Below, in pieces: positions 28,212-37,023 of a DNA stretch of 45,222 nt (position 1 is the first letter of the stretch; the number at the start of each line of letters is the position of its first letter). Location of the stretch: contig CAYVHK010000001.1 in NCBI GenBank assembly GCA_964451145.1, forward strand, positions 5,873-51,094, written 5' to 3'. The DNA is from an uncultured bacterium. Lineage in GTDB: Bacteria > Poribacteria > WGA-4E > UBA9662. A program made the translations under genes and the position numbers. The notes under the pieces were generated by a model, which saw nothing but the letters and a program-made list of their open reading frames with translations, was not told where the DNA came from and ran no database searches.

Positions 28212-30164
28212 TTAAGGCCAAAACTGATAAAGCGGTGTATTAGTAATAATACTAACAATGCTCCAAAAGCTACCCAGTACGTAATCACCTAATGCCAAAC
28301 CTAGGAAAAAAGGAATAGCTCGACGGTAAGATTGTAAACCACCCTGTTTCAGCACTAGAGCTTTTAAAAACCAAGCGACAAATAAACAACACCATAAATT
28401 TGCCATCCCCCAACTGTTGGCCATCGCATAACCCAAAGGATGTAGGGGCCACCATAGAAACTTAGCGCGAATTAGCATTATCAGCGTTGTTATCACCAAG
28501 CCCACTCCCATGAATCCTAAACCAGGAATATCAATTTGGCGGGGAAAGGTCAACCATCCTTCTAGCTGCCTGTAAACACCTCTTCCGAATCCGAGTGCCC
28601 AAGTTTCATAATACCCTGATTCTGCCCCATAGCGATAGTAGCTGTCAAGTAATAGCCAAAATACAACGACTGATCCAATCAAAGTAGCTGCCAAAATAGC
28701 AACCACCATCCGTCGTGAGGGAATAGTCCACGTTTGTGAAATTTTGAAGGCTTCTAATATTTGTGGCATTGGGTGAGCCCGATATGCTCGATTAAAAAAC
28801 ATGTAGAGGGAAAACCCGATTAGACTTCCATTTCCTAATCGCTGAGTACCGAATGCCGTTACTAGAATGCTATGTGGGGCTATCCTGTGCAAGTCATGTA
28901 CCAAAAAACCAAGTTCAGCCCTCACACGAGCAATCATAATTGCCAATAGAAAATAAATGGTGAAAAATAGCAGAATTACCCAAGTCGACATGCCAATCTG
29001 ATAGGAAAAAAGACCTAAAAAAGCACAGCCGGCAAAAGTACCAAAAAAAGCCAAACGATAATGAATAGGTTCTTTTACGTACTCTATTTCAGTTTTTGTT
29101 CTGCGGTTTAATCCTAAGGTCGGTAATAGGTAAAACATAAGAGATTTGAAATGTGCCCTGCCAGTCCATAGGGCAAAAGCCAAAAGGCCTATATAAGCCC
29201 CAAACGCCTGCTCATTGTCGTAGGGAAAACGAGGAATACCACGAAATCCAACTATTTTACTTATCATTAATTCTGCTTTGTAAAGGACATAAAAAAACCA
29301 GCAAGAAAAAAGTAAGTCAAGCGGTATCAAAAAGGCTATACCAATAGCAAATGGGTAAAAGGCAACCTTAATTCCACCCATCGCATTCCAGGGGCGAGTG
29401 GTAAAATAATGTTGAATTGACTGACGTTTGACTGGCAAATATGGCACTTCAGGGTAAATCGAATTCATCAGATTCAGAATGCTAATGGCAGCGGCCAAGC
29501 CAAATCCAAACCAAACTACCTTACGACGAAAAAATCTGGCATCCGGATTGACCATCTCAAGTGGTAATTGGATGATCGGATAGGTTAATCGCTCCCGTTC
29601 AGTCCACTGTACTCTTAGTAAAACGTTGAGACAGAGCATAACAGTCATTAGCACAAAGATAAAAGTAATCCACCAAACTGCCGGTTTAAGCCAAGCTTGC
29701 AGATGATGTTGAGTGTAGAGGGTAGAACCTCCTTCGTAATAATGGTGAAGTGCCTTTTCGTCACTGACAGTCAGCCATTCTGGCAGTTGTCGAAGGAATA
29801 TTTCTCGCCACTCATTTTCTGGTGTGGCAAAACGAAAAGGATGGCCCAAAATCGTGATTAAAATCTCCATCATATCGTGCGAACAAAGAGACGAAACCAC
29901 GCACAACATCACATAGATAGTTAGGACTTCAGCTTGCGTTAGGGCCAACACAGGCAATATTCGGTTTAAAAATAGACCAACCAACAACAGCCAGAAAATT
30001 ATAAAAATTACATTTGATAGTGGATGAATAAGGGTTGGATGGGTATATCGAACAACTTCCAACTGAATCAGCCAAAATACATTAGCTGGAATTAAACAGA
30101 GAACAACTAGAAAAGACTTAACTGTCAGGCCATTTTTGGAAGATGGGTTCACCGATGAATCCAT
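28212..30164 (-). CDS. Polytopic membrane protein of OPT-like type (DUF6785/DUF6784-like)
   Basis: Many TMs; AEVLTIYVM, QWTERERLTYPIIQLP, WWPLHPLGY, YRRAIPFFLGLALG. The DUF assignment is from memory. Confidence 0.72.
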   Translation of the reverse strand: MDSSVNPSSKNGLTVKSFLVVLCLIPANVFWLIQLEVVRYTHPTLIHPLSNVIFIIFWLLLVGLFLNRILPVLALTQAEVLTIYVMLCVVSSLCSHDMMEILITILGHPFRFATPENEWREIFLRQLPEWLTVSDEKALHHYYEGGSTLYTQHHLQAWLKPAVWWITFIFVLMTVMLCLNVLLRVQWTERERLTYPIIQLPLEMVNPDARFFRRKVVWFGFGLAAAISILNLMNSIYPEVPYLPVKRQSIQHYFTTRPWNAMGGIKVAFYPFAIGIAFLIPLDLLFSCWFFYVLYKAELMISKIVGFRGIPRFPYDNEQAFGAYIGLLAFALWTGRAHFKSLMFYLLPTLGLNRRTKTEIEYVKEPIHYRLAFFGTFAGCAFLGLFSYQIGMSTWVILLFFTIYFLLAIMIARVRAELGFLVHDLHRIAPHSILVTAFGTQRLGNGSLIGFSLYMFFNRAYRAHPMPQILEAFKISQTWTIPSRRMVVAILAATLIGSVVVFWLLLDSYYRYGAESGYYETWALGFGRGVYRQLEGWLTFPRQIDIPGLGFMGVGLVITTLIMLIRAKFLWWPLHPLGYAMANSWGMANLWCCLFVAWFLKALVLKQGGLQSYRRAIPFFLGLALGDYVLGSFWSIVSIITNTPLYQFWP

Positions 30165-31288
30165 CCTCGGTCGGACTCAATGTGAACAGCTGTTTGCAAA
30201 TCCTGACATAGTTTCTGATATTTTTGCAGGGCAGATTTGGCTTGCTTACCCTCCAAAACTTTGGGCTGATATTTAATCTTGGGGTTGCCCACCCACAGCG
30301 GAATCAATTCAATATGGTTGAACTGTCGGTTTTGGAAAACAATCTTTGGTATAACGATTTGGCTGTGTCGCTTATCGTATGTCTCATAGATCAAGTCGGC
30401 AAGACTATATATTATCGGCTTACCTTCAAAAATTTGAATACCTTGTAGAGTGTGCAGGCGTTGGGACAGAATTAAATCAGCACCTGCCGAAATCAAAGCT
30501 TGAGCAAAAAACTGCTGTCGCTTACTGACAACCTCGCTTTTTAACGCTTTTCCCCAGTGCATCATTACCACTAATAAATCGGCTTGATCTGCTAGATCTT
30601 TGGTACGTTGTATCATTTGACTATAAAGGGCTCGTGCTACTTTGATCTGGCCATCTTGACTAAAAGCACCGGCATGATAATAAGTAACAATGGCAACTTT
30701 CGTACCTTGACCAATACTTTGACCATTTTTTCGCACATTGAACCAGGCCGGCTGTTGGGCAGCATGATCGGACAGGCCGACACCTATCGTTTTAACTCCA
30801 CTATGGGTTAGATGGTGAATAGTGTCTTCAACGGCTAACGGCCCGAAATCGTGTAAGTGTGGCGTCGTTAGCGATATCAAATCCCAACCAGCCTGAGCAA
30901 TAGCGGTTGAGAGACCAGGTATTGCGCGAAAGAACTGTTTTTTTTTGGCTTCAGAAAGAGACTGGTACTGTGGCTCACCATTTTCAGAGATGCTAGTATT
31001 AAGTGTAGCCAGCGCAATATCAGCGGCTTCAATTTCATAGGTAATCGTTTTAAACAATACGTTTAAACCTTGTCGACGCAAGATAGGTGTCAATCGACTA
31101 CCAACTGTAATATCACCACCAACAAGTATCGAAACGTGCCTGTCGACGGAATTATCATTAGCCGGTTCGGCTAGAATGATTCTACTAACTGAGAAGGCTG
31201 TGATAAAAAAGATTTGATAAAAACAAATCAACAGGAATAGAATTGAATGGTCGGTTGGCCCTAAATTCTGGCGAAAAATGCGTGCCAT
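30149..31288 (-). CDS. CapA/PGA_cap-family metallophosphatase-fold protein with a degenerate active site
   Basis: Signal peptide; ILVGGDI, ADIA, DLISL...HLHDFG, ADLLVVMMHWG, AGADLI, PIIYSL. Confidence 0.82.
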   Translation of the reverse strand: MARIFRQNLGPTDHSILFLLICFYQIFFITAFSVSRIILAEPANDNSVDRHVSILVGGDITVGSRLTPILRRQGLNVLFKTITYEIEAADIALATLNTSISENGEPQYQSLSEAKKKQFFRAIPGLSTAIAQAGWDLISLTTPHLHDFGPLAVEDTIHHLTHSGVKTIGVGLSDHAAQQPAWFNVRKNGQSIGQGTKVAIVTYYHAGAFSQDGQIKVARALYSQMIQRTKDLADQADLLVVMMHWGKALKSEVVSKRQQFFAQALISAGADLILSQRLHTLQGIQIFEGKPIIYSLADLIYETYDKRHSQIVIPKIVFQNRQFNHIELIPLWVGNPKIKYQPKVLEGKQAKSALQKYQKLCQDLQTAVHIESDRGWIHR

Positions 31289-31293
31289 CCAAT

Positions 31294-32367
31294 TTAGGGA
31301 TAGTTATACAGATTCTCAGTTTTGGGCGGAGATGGAGCGGTGTTTCGCTTTGCTACACCAATCGGATCCGGTTCTGGTGGTTGGTTAGCCGAAAACTCGT
31401 CTAAAATACAGGATACTGTCTCTTCTGAGTAGGCTTGTGAATCGATGGTTGTTTGGTTGGCTTCCCAAGCCATTCGAGCTGCGGCCTCAAAGTACTCTGC
31501 ATGACGATAGCTGTCCAGAAGATCAACACCACGAGAGAAGGTACCATGTCCAATCCAATAAACTACATGACGAAACTGGTCGGACCTGTTAAGAGCAAGA
31601 TCTTTTCCCTGAAATAATCGCAGGCTCTGAAACGACAATTCGGGGATACCAGGAGCTTTTTCCATCACTAATCCAATTCCACCAACGCTATCGTACATAA
31701 TCGGTGTTTCCGGCTCATATCCTTTTAAAAAATTATAAAATCGTTCAGGATCACCATGTTCAGATCGAGAGATCAAATTTAAAAACTTGGGTTGTAAATG
31801 TACAAGGGCATTAAAGTCATAATCACCAAGCCGGTCGAAAACCAACATATAATGAAAAAATTCACTAGTTGCTTTCGGCGGTTTACTCTGCCTTCGTTCG
31901 AGTTCTGAAATAGTTGGAGTACCATACCGCATCCGATAGTGAACCCCGTCAGCTTCTACCTCTAATATGGTCACGTTCAAGGATGGGTGTTCCAAAGAAA
32001 TCAAGTCTAATCGACACCCTGATTTAGTCAATAAAACATGCCGCCCAACTAGGTTCTTAACCACAATCGCCGATGGTAATTTTCCACGTGGAGATTCTTC
32101 TATAGGTATTAGGCAATTTGGATCAATTTTCTCCGTTAGTAAAGCCCCCATGTTGCCGGCCGATCCCCACAGGTAACCATTACGATGGGCATGGTTTCCA
32201 GCCCATCCCATTTGGCCAATTAGAGTGCCACATTCAGTATCCACGTCAATCGGAGCCAATGTTGATTGGTATCCACGCTCTAGCCACTTTCGGTAACGAT
32301 AGCTTCGAACGATAGGCGGCGATTTCTCGTTCGTCAGGTATGGGTTGGTTAAACCGGTTACATTCAT
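31294..32367 (-). CDS. Class II aldolase/adducin-family protein (RhaD-like)
   Basis: GSAGN, LLTKSG, TSE, ALVHLQP, PG..ELS, VVYWIGHG...G.DL...E..EAAA; AAGGA RBS. Confidence 0.72.
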   Translation of the reverse strand: MNVTGLTNPYLTNEKSPPIVRSYRYRKWLERGYQSTLAPIDVDTECGTLIGQMGWAGNHAHRNGYLWGSAGNMGALLTEKIDPNCLIPIEESPRGKLPSAIVVKNLVGRHVLLTKSGCRLDLISLEHPSLNVTILEVEADGVHYRMRYGTPTISELERRQSKPPKATSEFFHYMLVFDRLGDYDFNALVHLQPKFLNLISRSEHGDPERFYNFLKGYEPETPIMYDSVGGIGLVMEKAPGIPELSFQSLRLFQGKDLALNRSDQFRHVVYWIGHGTFSRGVDLLDSYRHAEYFEAAARMAWEANQTTIDSQAYSEETVSCILDEFSANQPPEPDPIGVAKRNTAPSPPKTENLYNYP

Positions 32368-32379
32368 TCCTTTTTTATC

Positions 32380-32667
32380 CTATTTCTTGTAAATGATTTG
32401 GCCTTCTATTTCGACCATGTCTACGATTGCCATGATTACTGCATCTATCGGTTTACCAGTCGTTGCTTGAGTATAGCGAGCAGAACTACCAGCCGCCGTT
32501 AAAACCATCTCACCAATACCGGCGCCAACGGCATCCATTGCGACCGTATATTGACGCACCAAGTGGCCGCTCAGATCGACCGACTGAACGATCATCAGTT
32601 TACTACCGATCAGCTTTTCGTCTTTTCGTGTGGCAACCAATGTACCAACCACTTTTCCCAATGTCAT
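32380..32667 (-). CDS. eutN: EutN/CcmL-family bacterial microcompartment pentamer (BMC-P)
   Basis: MTLGKVVGTLVATRKDEKLIGSKLMIV...AMDAVGAGIGE.VL...GSSAR...PIDAVIMAIVD. Confidence 0.95.
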   Translation of the reverse strand: MTLGKVVGTLVATRKDEKLIGSKLMIVQSVDLSGHLVRQYTVAMDAVGAGIGEMVLTAAGSSARYTQATTGKPIDAVIMAIVDMVEIEGQIIYKK

Positions 32668-32698
32668 CTGCCTGCTCTTTTTTGTTAAGGATGGACTT

Positions 32699-32728
32699 AT
32701 GGTAAACTGAAGTAGGTCTCAAAGTCAA
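32699..32728 (-). promoter_or_regulatory. Putative sigma70 promoter for the eutN-aldolase-capA operon
   Basis: Minus strand TTGACT (32728-32723), 18-bp spacer, TACCAT (32704-32699); 31 bp upstream of the eutN ATG. Confidence 0.5.
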
Positions 32729-32840
32729 GTTTTCGACATAGTTATCCAACCACCATTTACTATTGATTGCCCTAATTTGACGAACGGATCAATTAGCGCT
32801 AAAAAACTATACTACTTATTATTTCGTAGAGGTATTTATC

Positions 32841-34271
32841 ATGGACCGACCAAATGTCCTTTTACTCATCACTGATCAGCAGCAGGCGGCGACGGTTGCC
32901 TGCGACTCCATCTGTCAGACCCCTAACTTAGACCAAATTGCTGCTGAAGGCGTTCGATTCGACCGAGCTTATACAGTAAATGCTATCTGTTCTCCTACTC
33001 TAGCCAGCCTGATTACTGGTATGTTACCCAACACACATGGCATTGTGGACTGTACTCATACTGTTAATGATTATCGGGCCAAATTTCAACAAGGATTAAC
33101 ACTTTGGAGTCAGCAACTGGAAAATCTTGGTTATCAGACTGGCTACTTTGGTAAATGGCACGTCGAAAGAAGAAATAGGCTGAATGAGTTCGGTTTCCAG
33201 ACTCATGAATTACATGGTTCATCAAACTATAAACAGTACGTTAAGGGGTTAGGTTTGCGGCCTCAATCAGAACGGTTTATCAAAAGATATAATATTCAGC
33301 AACCTGGTTACAAAGATTGCCAGCTTTATGGAGTCATCGATGGCACAGAAGAAGAAACAAGCGAACACTATCTTTATTCCAAATGCATCGAATTTATCGA
33401 GCAAAAAAACAGTAATTCGCCGTGGTGTTTGACCGTTAGCACAACGGCACCTCATGATCCCTATTTTGCCTTAAACTCTTACTATGATTGGTACGACCCA
33501 GATCAAATTCCACAACCAACCAGTTTCACTGACCCTATGAAGGACAAACCCAATATATACAGACGAATGCGCGAAATTTGGGATGGCATGTCTTGGCAGA
33601 ATTTTGCTAAAGCAACTGCTTGTTACTACGCCATCTGCACTATGATTGATGCTCAAGTTGGTCGACTGATACAGATTCTGAAAGACACGGATCAATATGA
33701 TAATACCATTATCCTATTCCTGAGTGATCATGGCGATTATATGGGGGCGCATCGAATGATGATGAAGGGAGTAGCAGCCTTTGAAGAAGCTTATCGGATC
33801 CCCTTCATTCTAAGAACACCCGACCAGCCGGCTAATGGCACGGTTAATAAAAATCTAGTTTCAGTTATCGATGTAGGACCAACCTTGTTAGATGCAGTTG
33901 ATGCAGAACCCCTTCCTGATAGCGAGGGCACATCCTTACTACCATTATTACAAAAAGATCAAGACGAGTGGGTCGATGAGGCTTTTGCGGAATTTCACGG
34001 TCAACGTTTCTTTTTCACCCAACGCATCATTTGGCGTGATCATTTCAAGTACATATTCAATGGTTTTGACTACGATGAGTTATATGACTTAAAGGCTAAT
34101 CCGAATGAACAACGAAATTTAGCCAAAGACAACACTTACGCTAATCTTAGAGATGAACTAGCCAGTCGGATGTGGAAACGAATGCACCAAACCGACGATC
34201 ATAACATGATCAACTCTCACTACGGTACGCTTCGGTTTGCCCCCGTCGGTCCCTATTCGGGTTTGTGTTAG
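32841..34271 (+). CDS. Sulfatase-family (S1) hydrolase with a variant FGly motif
   Basis: PNVLLLITDQ, CSPTLASLITG, GKWH, PHDP, SDHG, ELYDL..NP.E..NL; GAGGT RBS. Confidence 0.93.
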   Translation: MDRPNVLLLITDQQQAATVACDSICQTPNLDQIAAEGVRFDRAYTVNAICSPTLASLITGMLPNTHGIVDCTHTVNDYRAKFQQGLTLWSQQLENLGYQTGYFGKWHVERRNRLNEFGFQTHELHGSSNYKQYVKGLGLRPQSERFIKRYNIQQPGYKDCQLYGVIDGTEEETSEHYLYSKCIEFIEQKNSNSPWCLTVSTTAPHDPYFALNSYYDWYDPDQIPQPTSFTDPMKDKPNIYRRMREIWDGMSWQNFAKATACYYAICTMIDAQVGRLIQILKDTDQYDNTIILFLSDHGDYMGAHRMMMKGVAAFEEAYRIPFILRTPDQPANGTVNKNLVSVIDVGPTLLDAVDAEPLPDSEGTSLLPLLQKDQDEWVDEAFAEFHGQRFFFTQRIIWRDHFKYIFNGFDYDELYDLKANPNEQRNLAKDNTYANLRDELASRMWKRMHQTDDHNMINSHYGTLRFAPVGPYSGLC

Positions 34272-34295
34272 CTAATTAGTGAAATCTTTTTTGTC

Positions 34296-35456
34296 TTAAA
34301 AGTTAAGCATGATCTGCTGATAAATTTCAACGGCTTGAATCACTTGTCGACATTCGACCCACTCTACCGCGGAATGGGCCTGGTCTATGCTACCGGGTCC
34401 CAGCACAATAGCTGGGATACCGCGTGCAGTAAATTTACTAGCATCAGTGCCATAAGGAACACCAGTGATGGTTGATTGTCCCAAAATTTTCTGACAAGCC
34501 TGATGACTGATCTGAACAATTTCCTCATGTTCCTCAGTTTCCATTGCATTATCTAGTATAATCGGCTGAGCGCTAGCTTCAAATTCATTATCATCATTGG
34601 TCATTCGTTGAATCAACTGTTGAAAAGGCTCTATCGTTTCAGATGGGTTTTCTCCGGGAAGAGTTCGACGATCGATATCGATCGTACATTGGCCTGGAAC
34701 GAAATTGACTTGTGTCCCCCCCGAGATAAGTCCAATGTTCAGAGTTGGACTCCCAACCAAGGGATGTTTCTGTTGGTAATAAGTAGGGAGGATTTGTTCC
34801 TCAATAGCTTGAATCAACTTTGTCATTTGAATAATAGCATTAACCCCTAGATAAGGCTTGGAACTGTGGGCGGCAATGCCTTGCACTGTGATACGAAATC
34901 TGGCTAACCCCTTGTGGCTTCGGATAACGGACAGATCAGTCGGTTCTGCTACTACTACCGCTGTTGCTGGCGATTCCTTAGCTAAAGCCAAAGCCCCTCC
35001 AAAACCGTTCTCTTCATCGACAACTCCAGCATATTGAATGGTCGAATTCGGTTGAATTCCAGCATTTTTCAAAGTCTTCATGGCCATCATCATAGCAATG
35101 CCACCAGCTTTAGTGTCACACGCACCTCTACCATATAAGTGGCCTTGTCGAATATGTGGCTCAAAAGGCGGGATAGTCATCATTTCAGCTGATGCTGTAT
35201 CCATGTGACATTCAAACAGCAAAATTCGGTCAGTACGTTTGCCTTGTAGAGTAGCAATCACATTATCCCGACCAGGGTAAACTGATTGCCGTTGGCAAGG
35301 GATACCTAAATCTGTAAAAAATTTTTCAGTGTAGTCAGCCATTTCCACCTCACCCCGCTGGCCACCGGGCAGACCTGGATTGACACTCTCAATAGCTACC
35401 AGATCTTGCAATCTGGCCAAAATTTCATCATCATGCCTAGACCAAGATAAACTCAT
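34296..35456 (-). CDS. M20 metallopeptidase, ArgE/DapE-family deacylase
   Basis: HMDT, YGRGACDTKAG, DEE, AEPT, AAHSS, GTDAS, GPG...AH. Confidence 0.92.
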   Translation of the reverse strand: MSLSWSRHDDEILARLQDLVAIESVNPGLPGGQRGEVEMADYTEKFFTDLGIPCQRQSVYPGRDNVIATLQGKRTDRILLFECHMDTASAEMMTIPPFEPHIRQGHLYGRGACDTKAGGIAMMMAMKTLKNAGIQPNSTIQYAGVVDEENGFGGALALAKESPATAVVVAEPTDLSVIRSHKGLARFRITVQGIAAHSSKPYLGVNAIIQMTKLIQAIEEQILPTYYQQKHPLVGSPTLNIGLISGGTQVNFVPGQCTIDIDRRTLPGENPSETIEPFQQLIQRMTNDDNEFEASAQPIILDNAMETEEHEEIVQISHQACQKILGQSTITGVPYGTDASKFTARGIPAIVLGPGSIDQAHSAVEWVECRQVIQAVEIYQQIMLNF

Positions 35457-35470
35457 AAAATTGACCGTTT

Positions 35471-36628
35471 TTACTTATTGATCATGTTCATGATCAACGT
35501 TGCTACAGAAATGAAACTTAAAACTTGCGACCAGTTGACCTCGAACTTGGCCGGAATTTCGACTGCGTCCCCAGGATAAAGCCAAATTTCTCCTGATGAC
35601 TGAATCCTGAGATCGTACGCTTCTGTTTTACCTTCTTTGCTGTGTACCAAAATTTTTCGTCGACTCGCATGTTGATCGCCTCCACCAGCCAAGGATATGG
35701 CTTGTCGAACAGAAATGCGAGCCTGTCCATCACCAAAGGCCGAGCGCACCAATTGTGGACCCGGTTGATTAACACGACCCAACACATAAATTGGCTCAAT
35801 TTTAAAAGCATTGGGAACATACAACACATCGTTGGGTAACAGGTAAGCTGGGTTTGTCTTTCTGGATGAGATTACTAATTTTTGCCAAAAATTCTCTGTG
35901 GCAATGACCGTTTCAATTTGTCCATCACAACGTATAATTACAAAAGTCGTTAGATCGGCCTTCTCATGATTAGGGCCTCCAGCTTTGGCCAAGGCACGGT
36001 CAATTCGGATCTGTTTTCGAAAGAAAATTGGACCGGGACTTTTCACCTCACCTTGCACTTCTGCTTTCTGTAATACAGGTACGTAAACTAAGTCGCCCTG
36101 ATCGATAAAGACTTGCTGACCGTCATTTTCTATCAAATTATGATGACTAAGATTGTCTCGATGAACCAAACGTACCGATTCTAGATCAGAGTTAATAAGA
36201 GTGCCTCCACCCAAAGCAACCGCTCGATACAAATCAATTTTATCCTCTAGTCCAATATTGTAACGTCCGGGATTTTTTACGTTCCCACCCACGTATATTT
36301 CATTCTTTTTTGGAATTGGTGCTACCATTACCACCGGATCCTTGAGCAACTCCAATTCCACTAGGTGGTCTCGAATTAATAGATCAACCTTGTTCTGACC
36401 GACAACCAATATGTCCCCACCAAAATAGCTAACTTTTCCGTCCGGCTTGACGGTAACGGTTTGGTTAAAATCAGGTGCGCCAATAACCACAATTTGTAAT
36501 TGGTCATTAGGTCGTATTTGGTAGGTCGAGTTTTTAGCCAAAGACAAGGAAGATAGGAATAGTAAAATAACGGGGTAAAAATTTGATGGGTTCAAGAACA
36601 AGTTCGTTGAATTTGGATAAGTATGCAT
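35471..36628 (-). CDS. Polysaccharide export (Wza/Poly_export-like) protein with SLBB repeats
   Basis: YQIRPNDQLQIVV...VKPDGKVS; three SLBB units (IYVGGNVKNPG, VQGEVKSPG, YVLGRVNQPG ... GD.V.VP). Confidence 0.87.
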   Translation of the reverse strand: MHTYPNSTNLFLNPSNFYPVILLFLSSLSLAKNSTYQIRPNDQLQIVVIGAPDFNQTVTVKPDGKVSYFGGDILVVGQNKVDLLIRDHLVELELLKDPVVMVAPIPKKNEIYVGGNVKNPGRYNIGLEDKIDLYRAVALGGGTLINSDLESVRLVHRDNLSHHNLIENDGQQVFIDQGDLVYVPVLQKAEVQGEVKSPGPIFFRKQIRIDRALAKAGGPNHEKADLTTFVIIRCDGQIETVIATENFWQKLVISSRKTNPAYLLPNDVLYVPNAFKIEPIYVLGRVNQPGPQLVRSAFGDGQARISVRQAISLAGGGDQHASRRKILVHSKEGKTEAYDLRIQSSGEIWLYPGDAVEIPAKFEVNWSQVLSFISVATLIMNMINK

Positions 36629-36783
36629 TAATCAGCCAGCAACTCTTCAAATGCATATGTTGCTGAAAAACAGAGAAAATCATCAATGATTTTAGCTAGA
36701 ATTTTCACATGTTGTATTGAGGTGAAAATGTCAGCCATAATTAGGCAAAGGTTTATGGATAGGAACCATACTTTCAACATCAT
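36628..36783 (-). CDS. Possible small protein (51 aa)
   Basis: MMLKVWFLSINLCLIMADIF...FEELLAD*; its TAA overlaps the next ATG (TAATG); no recognisable family. Confidence 0.25.
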   Translation of the reverse strand: MMLKVWFLSINLCLIMADIFTSIQHVKILAKIIDDFLCFSATYAFEELLAD

Positions 36784-37023
36784 TATTTTTTCCCTAAAGA
36801 TTGTTCAGATGCAAACATTCTTAATTCGTCTAGGCTAATTTGGCAATTAAACAGTAACAGTATGTTGTAGGCCGTTTATCCATCAATATACTCAATACTT
36901 ATATTTGTTGTTCGTTCAGTAAGGATTCCTGCAAATGGCGGATTCATATAGTCAGCCTTGTTGTTGGCCTGATAGACTTTTGACTTCCCTCCAATTATAA
37001 CCGAGATCGGCTATTTGAGCAAT

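Noticed and set aside
30149-31288. Poly-gamma-glutamate capsule locus
   Set aside because: No capB/capC nearby; CapA-family domains are widespread outside capsule loci
31400-31445. Aldolase C-terminal helix SEETVSCILDEF as an encapsulation peptide
   Set aside because: RhaD-type aldolases normally have a helix at this position, so it is not diagnostic
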